From IMG/VR virus record IMGVR_UViG_3300025033_000017: DNA of 20,000 nt. The stretch is one strand, 5' to 3'. This DNA is from an uncultured virus (IMG/VR IMGVR_UViG_3300025033_000017) (taxonomy: Duplodnaviria; Heunggongvirae; Uroviricota; Caudoviricetes). A program made the position numbers and the translations under genes. How positions within the stretch are numbered: the first letter of the stretch is position 1; every line of letters starts with the position of its first letter. Positions 1 through 7,963 of the stretch are shown here, in pieces. The notes under the pieces are model-generated. The model saw nothing but the letters and a program-made list of their open reading frames with translations, searched no databases and was not told where the DNA came from.

Positions 1-676
1 CTGCAACCTGTTGAACATTGATATTGACGAATTGTTCAAGATTGGTAAAAAGACGTTCACTACGAAGGTTGAAGAACTACAATCCAAGACCCATGGAAAA
101 CTGATTATCAAGGAATACCCAACAGGGAATGCTCATGCGGGGCATTTCCGGGCATTACTCGATGAACTGAAAACAAAGAAGAATTTTCTACCAGACGTAA
201 TCATGATCGATTACCTAAACATTTGTGCTAGTCAACGTGTCAAGAATCAAAACGCAAATTCCTATACAATTGTCAAGAGCATCGCCGAGGAACTACGCGC
301 ACTGGCGGTTGAATTTGATGTTCCTGTTTGGACTGCAACTCAGACGAATCGTGGTGGTGCTAACAATTCGGATGTTAGCATTACCGATACGTCAGAATCT
401 TTCGGTCTTCCAATGACACTCGATTTCCTTTTTGCAATGGTACGTACAGAAGAATTGGACGAGTTGGGTCAATTGCTATGTATTCAGTTGAAGTCCCGAT
501 ACGGAGATATTAACTACCATCGCAAGTTTGTTGTCGGAGTCGATATCAAGAAATTCATGCTATATGATGTTGAAGAATCTACCCAGGATGACGTTGTTGA
601 CGATAGACCTGCATTTGATAACTCCAAGTTCGGTGGTGCTATGAAAGCCGAAAAATATGAATTTAACTTTGACTAA
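1..676 (+). CDS. 41: T4 gp41-like replicative DNA helicase (DnaB family), C-terminal part; starts upstream of the window
   Basis: Frame is open from position 2. Motifs IIKEYPT, IMIDYLNIC (Walker B region), AEELRALAVE, WTATQTNR, DTSESFGLP and QLKSRY are typical of T4-like gp41. Confidence 0.95.
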   Translation, partial: CNLLNIDIDELFKIGKKTFTTKVEELQSKTHGKLIIKEYPTGNAHAGHFRALLDELKTKKNFLPDVIMIDYLNICASQRVKNQNANSYTIVKSIAEELRALAVEFDVPVWTATQTNRGGANNSDVSITDTSESFGLPMTLDFLFAMVRTEELDELGQLLCIQLKSRYGDINYHRKFVVGVDIKKFMLYDVEESTQDDVVDDRPAFDNSKFGGAMKAEKYEFNFD

Positions 677-678
677 AC

Positions 679-936
679 ATGATATTTAAAAAAATAGACA
701 TTGATCAACTACACAAGAATACGGAACTTCTGTACGCCGGGGATCAGGAATTTAGATTCCGGCGAGATTCTGGCTATACCGCAACGGTATTGTATGACAT
801 TGTTGGTTCCATGTCGGTGTCAAGTCGTGCATTGTATGTTTTAAAATGCGTAAGTCGCCAAAGATGCAAATATCTTTCGCAGGAAATGCTTAGAATTCTG
901 ACTGATATGGGCATTCAATGTGTTAGGGCAACCTAA
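679..936 (+). other. Doubtful 85-aa ORF: either a decayed gene (frame continues past the TAA to 1044) or a structured non-coding region
   Basis: No clear family motif, only a vague GNAT-like segment (RQRCKYLSQEMLRILTDMGIQCV). The same frame stays open 937-1041. The region contains many hairpins. Confidence 0.3.
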
Positions 937-1041
937 CAGGATATTCTAATCCATAACATACCGAGTGTTCGATTTGTCGTTTCTGATCGATCAAACTGCT
1001 ATTTACGAGGATTGAAGATCGACAATACTTGGTATGATGAC

Positions 1042-1100
1042 TAAATACCCCTCTTGAAAAGTGGTCTTTAGATAAATAAAGAATCATTTACGAGGGTTTA
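1042..1100 (+). promoter_or_regulatory. RBS-sequestering hairpin with a T4-like late promoter (GATAAATA, 1071-1078) at its apex
   Basis: TCTTTA 1065-1070 pairs with TAAAGA 1077-1082; AAGTGG 1059-1064 with TCATTT 1084-1089 (two G-U); CCCTC 1049-1053 with the Shine-Dalgarno GAGGG 1092-1096. The T4 late consensus is TATAAATA. Confidence 0.7.
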
Positions 1101-1103
1101 ATC

Positions 1104-2060
1104 ATGGCAGGGTTATCTGTAGCAGATTTATCAAAACGAGATAACTGGAATCTCATTCTCATTAAAATTGAGGGTAAGATTCCTTTTATTCTCACAACAG
1201 GCGCAGAGACTACGGTAGGTCATAAAGACACAAAAAAACATAAAATTTATGTTGATGCAATAAAATCAATCTCAGTTCCTAATATAAGATCATCTTTTTT
1301 GCAAGTTGGTTCATCTATAGTATTTACAACTATAGATGGTAAAAAGATAAAACTTACAGATATTCAAAAAACAAAGGAATTCGGTTCCGCTGGTAATACA
1401 ACAGCAAAAGAAGATGCAGCATTAGAACAGTTGAGAAGTCATATAATATCTATAAAAAAACAAACTGGGCTGAATGAAATTCCAATACATATGAATGGTA
1501 AAATTTTCAATGTAAGTGATGCTGAATCTACGCCAGGAACTCCAAAGTCCGACTTTCATTTACTAGATAAGAATAATAAAGAAGTTGTGTGGATATCACA
1601 TAAAGATGGTAGAACAGAAAAGGATTTTCAACAATGGGGAGGAATTTCTGAAAAAGAAGAAAAAGTAAATCATCATAAAGAGACCCAACAATTTATTCTA
1701 GAATGCCAGTCTATTTTTGGAGATAAAATTCCCAATGCAACAACAATGTCAAAAAAAATAAAAAACAAAGTTCTAAAATGTATGGCAATATATGGGGTTG
1801 ATTATGGATCGGCATTTGGTAGACAAAATGTGAACGTGTGTTATCAGGGCAGTTTGTCAGTTGTCAAATTCGGAAGTTACTATAAAATAGTAGCTTCTGC
1901 CCACGAACATTGGAATGGAGAAGTTCCTTCTGGTGGTTACGAACCAGTTTTTATGATAACATATAAAGGTGACAGAAGTCAGTTTGGTATTTCGGGGGCT
2001 AGACTAACTATATCTCCTTCTGGCTGTAGAAAATCAACGCCGATGCCTAGTGATAAATAA
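1104..2060 (+). CDS. Putative PD-(D/E)XK-like endonuclease, possibly a free-standing homing endonuclease
   Basis: Helix with KE, then TPKSDFHLL...VVWISHKDG (PxxD...SxK catalytic-like pattern). Very basic. More AT-rich than its neighbours (13/60 GC at 1321-1380 vs 27/60 at 2341-2400). Confidence 0.55.
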   Translation: MAGLSVADLSKRDNWNLILIKIEGKIPFILTTGAETTVGHKDTKKHKIYVDAIKSISVPNIRSSFLQVGSSIVFTTIDGKKIKLTDIQKTKEFGSAGNTTAKEDAALEQLRSHIISIKKQTGLNEIPIHMNGKIFNVSDAESTPGTPKSDFHLLDKNNKEVVWISHKDGRTEKDFQQWGGISEKEEKVNHHKETQQFILECQSIFGDKIPNATTMSKKIKNKVLKCMAIYGVDYGSAFGRQNVNVCYQGSLSVVKFGSYYKIVASAHEHWNGEVPSGGYEPVFMITYKGDRSQFGISGARLTISPSGCRKSTPMPSDK

Positions 2061-2063
2061 ACA

Positions 2064-3338
2064 ATGATAAACTTCAAACAACTAATCGAATCTATTGCTT
2101 TTGATCAAGCCTCGCGGGCTGGTCTACAATATCATGGTTTCGGGCGATATGGAACCAAAGACGGCAAGGTAACTCATGTTTCCAAGATGGGTAAACTTGT
2201 ACCCATTCATAAAGTGCCTGAAATGCGCACTCTGCATAATGATGAACTAAAACACCTTGAACACACTGAGGATGAAGTCTTTACTCATGGTGTTCATGGT
2301 GTCACCAATGCAATGGATCAATTCAAGGCACTACAACACGATGACAACAGAACCACGATAAGCCAGAAGATCGACGGATCTCCAAGTTTCGTTATGGGTA
2401 AACATCCTCAAACGGGTAAATTTTTCGTTGCCTCGAAATCCGCCTTCAACAAAGACCCGAAGATTAATTATACCGAAGATGATATTGATCGAAATCATGG
2501 CCACGCACCAGGTCTTGCATCAAAACTAAAACAACTATTGAAGCACGGGCATAAGCTCGGTGTCAACGGCGTGGTTCAGGGCGACTTCTTATACGATCAT
2601 GAAGATAAGAAGGACGAAGGAAACAAGTATTCGTTCAAGCCAAACACAATACGGTACTCGATTGGAAAAGATACCCCAGAGGGTAAAGCTGTTGGAGATT
2701 CCAAGATTGGTGTTGCCCTTCATACGCGATACGAGGGTGACAAAGCAGTGCTTGATCCTAACATAGAATACAAGCATCACAAAGATGTTTACGTTATGCC
2801 AGTTGCGGTAAACAAGGATAAGATGAAGTTCGATAAAGACATGATCAAGAAAAAAGTTTCTGATATGGGTAGCACTACAAAGTCGATTACTAAAGAAGGC
2901 TGGAATGCTGTCACTCATTCGTCCATCTTTCCTCATGTAAAGACATACATTAATTCAGAAGTTCGCAAGGGCAATCAAAATTACAATGTAGATGGTTTGA
3001 AGAAGCATATCTTCGACAAGCATCAGAAAGAAATCGATTCCGTAAAAACTGAAAAGTCTAAGGCAACAAAGACAGCAAAACGTAACGATCTTCTAAGTCA
3101 TGTTGAAAACAATCGACAACATTTCGAGAATGCATTCAAGCTACAAGGTCATATCAATGACGTGAAACATCATATCATAGACAAACTAGATCATGGTCAA
3201 ACGTTTCATCATTCATACGACAATGGCGATGAAGCAAAGCCGGAGGGATATGTTATGATCGGCCATCATGGTCCGCTCAAGTTAGTAGATAGAGCAAATT
3301 TCAGTCGAGCAAATTTCGAAATGAGCAAAAACAGATGA
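2064..3338 (+). CDS. RNA/DNA-ligase-like covalent nucleotidyltransferase (resembles the DUF6267-type proteins of T4-like phages) with a capsid-targeting-like leader
   Basis: Ligase-like motifs in the right order: I SQKIDGS, Ia ASKS, III QGDFL, IV PEGYV, V LKLV. No C-terminal OB domain. N-terminus MINFKQLIE. Confidence 0.7.
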   Translation: MINFKQLIESIAFDQASRAGLQYHGFGRYGTKDGKVTHVSKMGKLVPIHKVPEMRTLHNDELKHLEHTEDEVFTHGVHGVTNAMDQFKALQHDDNRTTISQKIDGSPSFVMGKHPQTGKFFVASKSAFNKDPKINYTEDDIDRNHGHAPGLASKLKQLLKHGHKLGVNGVVQGDFLYDHEDKKDEGNKYSFKPNTIRYSIGKDTPEGKAVGDSKIGVALHTRYEGDKAVLDPNIEYKHHKDVYVMPVAVNKDKMKFDKDMIKKKVSDMGSTTKSITKEGWNAVTHSSIFPHVKTYINSEVRKGNQNYNVDGLKKHIFDKHQKEIDSVKTEKSKATKTAKRNDLLSHVENNRQHFENAFKLQGHINDVKHHIIDKLDHGQTFHHSYDNGDEAKPEGYVMIGHHGPLKLVDRANFSRANFEMSKNR

Positions 3339-3943
3339 AAACCTTCAAAGAGTTTGTTAGAAGTCTGCTAGAATCTACTGGAAAAACGGCAGTATTAACT
3401 TATGGTCGAATGAATCCTCCCACAGTTGGTCACGCCAAACTTATCGACTCTGTGTTATCTCAAAAAGGAGACACTCATAGAGTTGTTGTTTCGCATAGTA
3501 CGGATAGCAAAAAGAATCCTCTCACAGGAGAGGAAAAAGTTGGTCTGCTGCATAAGATGTATCCAGACCACAAGCACGTTTTTCAGTCTGCAACGAAAGA
3601 GATGCCCTCAATATTTCATCATGCCGCTGATCTACACAAACAAGGGCATGATCATCTGCATGTCGTTGTTGGCTCTGATAGGGTAAAGGAATTTACAGAC
3701 TCATTGAACAAGTACAACGGCAAGTTCAATGATAAAGGTGATGGATATAAGTTCAAATCTATTAAAGTGACGAGTGCTGGAGATCGTGATCCCGATGCAG
3801 AAGGCACTGAAGGCATGAGTGCAAGCAAAATGCGGGAACACGCCAAGACTGGAAACGTAAGTGAGTTCAAGAAGGGTCTGCATTCATCGCTACATGCACA
3901 CGCAGAATCTATCATGAGTAAAATAAGAGACAGACTCAAGTGA
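3335..3943 (+). CDS. HxGH/TxGH nucleotidyltransferase (cytidylyltransferase / NMN adenylyltransferase / CoaD-like fold)
   Basis: YGRMNPPTVGH signature, KNPL, VVGSDR and C-terminal SASKMR motif. ATGA overlap with the upstream gene. N-terminus MKTFKEFVRSLLE. Confidence 0.88.
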   Translation: MKTFKEFVRSLLESTGKTAVLTYGRMNPPTVGHAKLIDSVLSQKGDTHRVVVSHSTDSKKNPLTGEEKVGLLHKMYPDHKHVFQSATKEMPSIFHHAADLHKQGHDHLHVVVGSDRVKEFTDSLNKYNGKFNDKGDGYKFKSIKVTSAGDRDPDAEGTEGMSASKMREHAKTGNVSEFKKGLHSSLHAHAESIMSKIRDRLK

Positions 3944-3955
3944 TCATTTAAAGAC

Positions 3956-3963
3956 GATAAATA
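3956..3963 (+). promoter_or_regulatory. T4-like late promoter GATAAATA
   Basis: 7/8 match to TATAAATA, in the short gap upstream of the ATG at 3991. Confidence 0.65.
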
Positions 3964-3990
3964 ATACATCGTACATATATTGATGGGTTT

Positions 3991-4806
3991 ATGAAAACTT
4001 ACGCAGATTTTATCTCGTCCAAGAAGGATGTTACTCCAATCATGGAAGACACAACAAGAGAACGTTATCTCAATGGAGAACTGTTCCGTGTTGGTGATAT
4101 CGTCGTTGATCGTGACACAGAAACAATTCATGAAATTGTCAATCTAGGCACTAATTATGTGTCTGTCGTTGATGCCGGCGGCAAAACTAGTAAGAAGTGG
4201 ATAACAAGTCTAGTCGAAGCAAATTCTCTCGCGGATGACTTCAACGAGATTAGACGAAAGAGAAGTTCTAGTAACCAGATCGCATTCCTAGGCTACAAAA
4301 CGAAAAACTTCACCGAAGAACATTATAATTCGTTTATGCCCATGATCAAGAAGCACCGTAATGAGGACAAGTTCGCAATGTTGAATCTTGTCAGATCGAC
4401 CGACGAACTACTTGGAGAAATGAAAAATATTTCTCTCGACAACTACAATCGAGTTCAGGGACTGTTTGAACAGACAGAACGATTACTGAACAAGTTCAAT
4501 TCTATCTCCGGACATTCGTATCGCAAGGATTTGATGGAAAGTATTTTGTATCTAGAGTTGACGGAAGAACTAAAATTTAGTCGTGGCGACAAGGAACATG
4601 CGGCAAAGGTAATCGCAAATACGTTTAACGTCGAAATGAAAGATCGCCCACAGGATACGATTGATGCAGCATTGAAGCAAGTGATCTCCACCCCTAAGAC
4701 CAACAAACATTCAACCTACCATAAGATAGCATCCCGTCTTTTTGATTATGCTAAAGAAATGGGTATACAGTTCAATCATGATCGTATCAAGGAACTACAA
4801 AAATGA
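3991..4806 (+). CDS. Hypothetical virion-internal protein with an N-terminal SH3/KOW-like domain
   Basis: RERYLNGELFRVGDIV...GTNYVSV...KKWI beta-barrel-like segment followed by a helical region. Leader MKTYADF...IME. Confidence 0.6.
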   Translation: MKTYADFISSKKDVTPIMEDTTRERYLNGELFRVGDIVVDRDTETIHEIVNLGTNYVSVVDAGGKTSKKWITSLVEANSLADDFNEIRRKRSSSNQIAFLGYKTKNFTEEHYNSFMPMIKKHRNEDKFAMLNLVRSTDELLGEMKNISLDNYNRVQGLFEQTERLLNKFNSISGHSYRKDLMESILYLELTEELKFSRGDKEHAAKVIANTFNVEMKDRPQDTIDAALKQVISTPKTNKHSTYHKIASRLFDYAKEMGIQFNHDRIKELQK

Positions 4807-5780
4807 TCAAATTCAAAGACCTAACAGCGCAGATTCAAGAAGCATTCGATAACTCCGGTAAAGATTCTGTTGATAAGAAAAAGGGGTTCCCATCAAAAGG
4901 CGATAAGAAAAAGAAGAATCCTTTTGTTAAGAAAGATTCGACCGATGACGCAGACAAAGAAGGCGATGAAGATGAGGAAGATCAGGAAGACGAAGATGAC
5001 GATGATTCTCCAGTGGTTGATGGAGAAGACGAAAAAGATGCTAATGAAGCTCAAGTAGGTGAACGCCCTGAGGATGACATTGAGGACGAGTCGAAACAAG
5101 ATACCACTGTCGGTGATGACGGTGAATCGATCTATTCTCTAGATCAACGTATGCAACACAAAATGAAAGAACTTGGTTATGATGAAGATGGCGAGTATGT
5201 TGGTAAAGACGGCGGAGATGATGAAGACCCAGGTTTTGATGCTGTAGCAGGCGGTGAAACAGATCCTGATGATGACGGTGAAGGTGATGATGAAGATCAA
5301 GATGATTCGGAAGAGGACACAGAAGACGAAGATCCTCCTGTAAATAAGAAGAAAAAGGTCGTCAAGGAAGATACCTTTGAAGTCGCCAGACTTGTCATGG
5401 ATGAAAGTTTGTTAGCTATGGCAGCAGTTCCTATTGGTATGGCTATCGGTGCGAAGATCAACGACAAATTGACAAAGAAGAAAGACAAAGATGGAGTTCC
5501 TTACCGAACTCAAAAGGAATTGGATGACTCTCCGCTGAATCGTTATATCAAGAGAAAGACTACCAAGAATGAGTCTGTTCAAGTCTCTCTTGATGACGTT
5601 GAAAAGTCAAAACAAGACAAGAAACTTGATCGCAAAGGTAAAGACGGTCACGATATGGAATCAGATGCTTCAGATAAGAAGGCTGACAAAAAGTTGCAAA
5701 AAGACCTTGAGAAAAAATTCGATAAGGAACTAGGTGAAGACACTGGGGTTCTTCGCTGGGCAAAACTGCTTTCCAAATAA
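4803..5780 (+). CDS. Highly acidic low-complexity protein, probable head-internal or core protein
   Basis: Long D/E tracts bracketed by lysine clusters. Leader MIKFKDLTAQIQE. ATGA overlap with the previous gene. Confidence 0.6.
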   Translation: MIKFKDLTAQIQEAFDNSGKDSVDKKKGFPSKGDKKKKNPFVKKDSTDDADKEGDEDEEDQEDEDDDDSPVVDGEDEKDANEAQVGERPEDDIEDESKQDTTVGDDGESIYSLDQRMQHKMKELGYDEDGEYVGKDGGDDEDPGFDAVAGGETDPDDDGEGDDEDQDDSEEDTEDEDPPVNKKKKVVKEDTFEVARLVMDESLLAMAAVPIGMAIGAKINDKLTKKKDKDGVPYRTQKELDDSPLNRYIKRKTTKNESVQVSLDDVEKSKQDKKLDRKGKDGHDMESDASDKKADKKLQKDLEKKFDKELGEDTGVLRWAKLLSK

Positions 5781-5781
5781 T

Positions 5782-5789
5782 CATAAATA
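5782..5789 (+). promoter_or_regulatory. T4-like late promoter CATAAATA
   Basis: 7/8 match to TATAAATA, followed by an AGGAG RBS and the ATG at 5819. Confidence 0.7.
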
Positions 5790-5818
5790 CAATCATACAC
5801 ATATAGGAGTTTTACAAC

Positions 5819-6547
5819 ATGCCAGAAATCATTTTCAAACCCTTGCCAGATAACACGGTTGGCAACATTACGCTAAACACAATAGTCAACTTTGCAGTCG
5901 GTGATGTTGTTACTGGCGGAACGTCTGCTGCTACTGGAAAGATCATCAAGATCGATTCGACAAACAAAATTCTTCGCGTCAATGCACTGACCGGGTTCTT
6001 TGTTGAAGGCGAGACTGTTACAAACACAGGCACCGGCACAGGAACTGTTGCAACTAAAGGATATGACCTATCTGCTACCACTCGCGGCATCGAACATACC
6101 CAGTGGACAAATGCTGGTGTTCGTGTTCGTTCATATGTTCTAGTTGCAATCCGTAATTTCCTTGCTAAGTGGTCAGATGCGAATGCACTGCCTTCATTTA
6201 CAGCAACATCATCCGTGTCAGCACTTGCTCATATGGTTACCGGTGATATTCTGTCAATCTCAGTAAGTTCCGGAGCAGATACAGTTTCAGTGGCAACAGG
6301 TGCGTATATCAACGTGACTATCAACGGTATCGTGCGTAAAGCATATTACACGTCTGGTTCATCTACCTCCACTTCATCTGTTTTCAAATATACAGTTGTT
6401 GCTGGTGATGTTGCTACCGCAGGTCAGATTACCGTAGATATGACAATCGTTGGTTCGGTATACGATACAATCGCTGACGGTCAGACACTTATCGCCGATC
6501 CAGTTACCTTCGTTGCTCCTGACACGTCAACTTACGCAGCAAACTAA
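5819..6547 (+). CDS. Virion structural protein (T/G/V-rich, beta-rich, Ig-like C-terminus)
   Basis: FAVGDVVTGGTSAATG / FVEGETVTNTGTG repeat-like motif, and AYYTSGSSTSTSSVFKYTVVAGD resembling an Ig-like adhesin motif. Follows a late promoter. Confidence 0.65.
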   Translation: MPEIIFKPLPDNTVGNITLNTIVNFAVGDVVTGGTSAATGKIIKIDSTNKILRVNALTGFFVEGETVTNTGTGTGTVATKGYDLSATTRGIEHTQWTNAGVRVRSYVLVAIRNFLAKWSDANALPSFTATSSVSALAHMVTGDILSISVSSGADTVSVATGAYINVTINGIVRKAYYTSGSSTSTSSVFKYTVVAGDVATAGQITVDMTIVGSVYDTIADGQTLIADPVTFVAPDTSTYAAN

Positions 6548-6550
6548 TAA

Positions 6551-6946
6551 ATGTCTGACGCAAAGATATCAGAACTAGCACTGGCAACATCCTTCTCCGC
6601 GACGGATGTTTTGCCGGCGGTTATATCTGGGCAAACGGTAAAGATTAACATTGGCACGATTTTATCTCAAATTGCTCTTGGTGGCAAAGTTGTCTTAGGT
6701 GGTGCCACGGTGACTCATGATGTTGCCACAGTCGACCTTTCATCGTTCATGTCTCACGTTACCGGAAGTCTTATTCTAAGTACCGGAGTTGCCTGGCAAC
6801 TAAAGTTTATCACGGCAGACGGCGTAAGTTCTATCAGCCCGACCTTAGCAAATTTCACCTCTCTGGCATTTACAACAGGCCAAACTGCGTTACTTTTGTA
6901 CGTTGATAAGTGGTATGTGATCTCTGCAAATTGTACTGTAACATAA
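6551..6946 (+). CDS. Small virion/fibre-like structural protein
   Basis: N-terminal KISEL...D.L....G.T.KI motif of the kind seen in phage fibre and appendage proteins. Paralog of 6948-7580. Confidence 0.6.
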   Translation: MSDAKISELALATSFSATDVLPAVISGQTVKINIGTILSQIALGGKVVLGGATVTHDVATVDLSSFMSHVTGSLILSTGVAWQLKFITADGVSSISPTLANFTSLAFTTGQTALLLYVDKWYVISANCTVT

Positions 6947-6947
6947 T

Positions 6948-7580
6948 ATGACAACTATAAAAGTATCTCAACTTCCAACCGCAACGGATATCGTTGACCC
7001 AATTCTAGATTGGGTCATGATCGTTCAGGGAGGAGTCAATAAGAAGATTTCTCCTGATACTATCTTCAAAAATATCATGAGTGATGTTATCGTGAATCCT
7101 GCGTTGACAAGTGTTGACGTGACGATAAACGGTCACGGTCTAGCGAATCTACTGAAGGTTGATGGTACGAACAATTATGTCGGTGTTGGTGTTGTTCCGA
7201 CTGAACGTTTTCACGTCGTCGGCAACGTAAAGGTCGATGGTAACGTAAAAGTATCTCAAGAGATTATTACTGTACCTTCAACAACTGGAGCACTGGCGAT
7301 AAACTCGTCGTATGAAGTGTCTGTAATTCAAACAACAACGAGTTCCGTGTCGACCCAAGTAATTTCGCTTCCTACTGGCGTAAATAATCAGTTCAAGACA
7401 GTAACATATGCCGATGGTGCAGCAAATCGTCGAACTGGCGTTATTTACACACTTCAGGACAACCTAATTGGCGCAAGTCAGATTGCATTTACTAAAGTAG
7501 GAACGTCAGTGACACTTTACGGATACGGCGGTAAATGGGTTATCATCAATTACTCTGGTAATGGAGTAACCATAGTTTGA
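6948..7580 (+). CDS. Virion/fibre-like structural protein
   Basis: KVSQLPTAT...IVQGGVNKKIS N-terminus; NNYVGVGVVPTERFHVVGNVKVDG fibre-like motif; C-terminus similar to that of 6551-6946. Confidence 0.65.
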   Translation: MTTIKVSQLPTATDIVDPILDWVMIVQGGVNKKISPDTIFKNIMSDVIVNPALTSVDVTINGHGLANLLKVDGTNNYVGVGVVPTERFHVVGNVKVDGNVKVSQEIITVPSTTGALAINSSYEVSVIQTTTSSVSTQVISLPTGVNNQFKTVTYADGAANRRTGVIYTLQDNLIGASQIAFTKVGTSVTLYGYGGKWVIINYSGNGVTIV

Positions 7581-7963
7581 TCCTAACCGATGAAGGTTTT
7601 CTTGATTATGCTAAGGCAAACTATACCTCGACTGGTTTGAAAACTGTCGCGGAGTTTACGGAAGATATAAATCGTATCATCCATATCAAGCGATTAATGA
7701 ACCGATTGGTCGCAGGTGAAGATGTTTCAATCAGACTAATACTGAATCATTTCGTTATTTTGTTCAACATGTTTGATTCGTATGCTGCCGCGAACATGTT
7801 ATTTTATAAGATTGAGGAGGATAAATGGATTCTTCTCAATACGTTTTTAGTTTATATGAAGTATTCCCCATCACATTTACCTGATCTTGGTATAACACTA
7901 ACAGCAGATGATGTTGATGTAGCAACAAAACAAGAATTGGACTCATATGTCAAACGTAATTGA
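7577..7963 (+). CDS. Conserved hypothetical protein of T4-like phages
   Basis: TTG start overlapping the previous stop. The pattern FLDYAKANY...EFTED...IKRL...RLILNH..ILFNMF is one I recall from T4-like phages. Confidence 0.7.
   Translation: MILTDEGFLDYAKANYTSTGLKTVAEFTEDINRIIHIKRLMNRLVAGEDVSIRLILNHFVILFNMFDSYAAANMLFYKIEEDKWILLNTFLVYMKYSPSHLPDLGITLTADDVDVATKQELDSYVKRN

Noticed and set aside
1001..1095. 10-bp direct repeat ATTTACGAGG at 1001 and 1086
   Set aside because: Only two short copies, one overlapping the RBS; not enough to call a target duplication or operator.
3335..3943. Firm assignment as nadD/nadM (NAD reconstitution pathway)
   Set aside because: The fold motifs do not define the substrate, and no Nampt or PRPP-synthetase-like partner is in the window.
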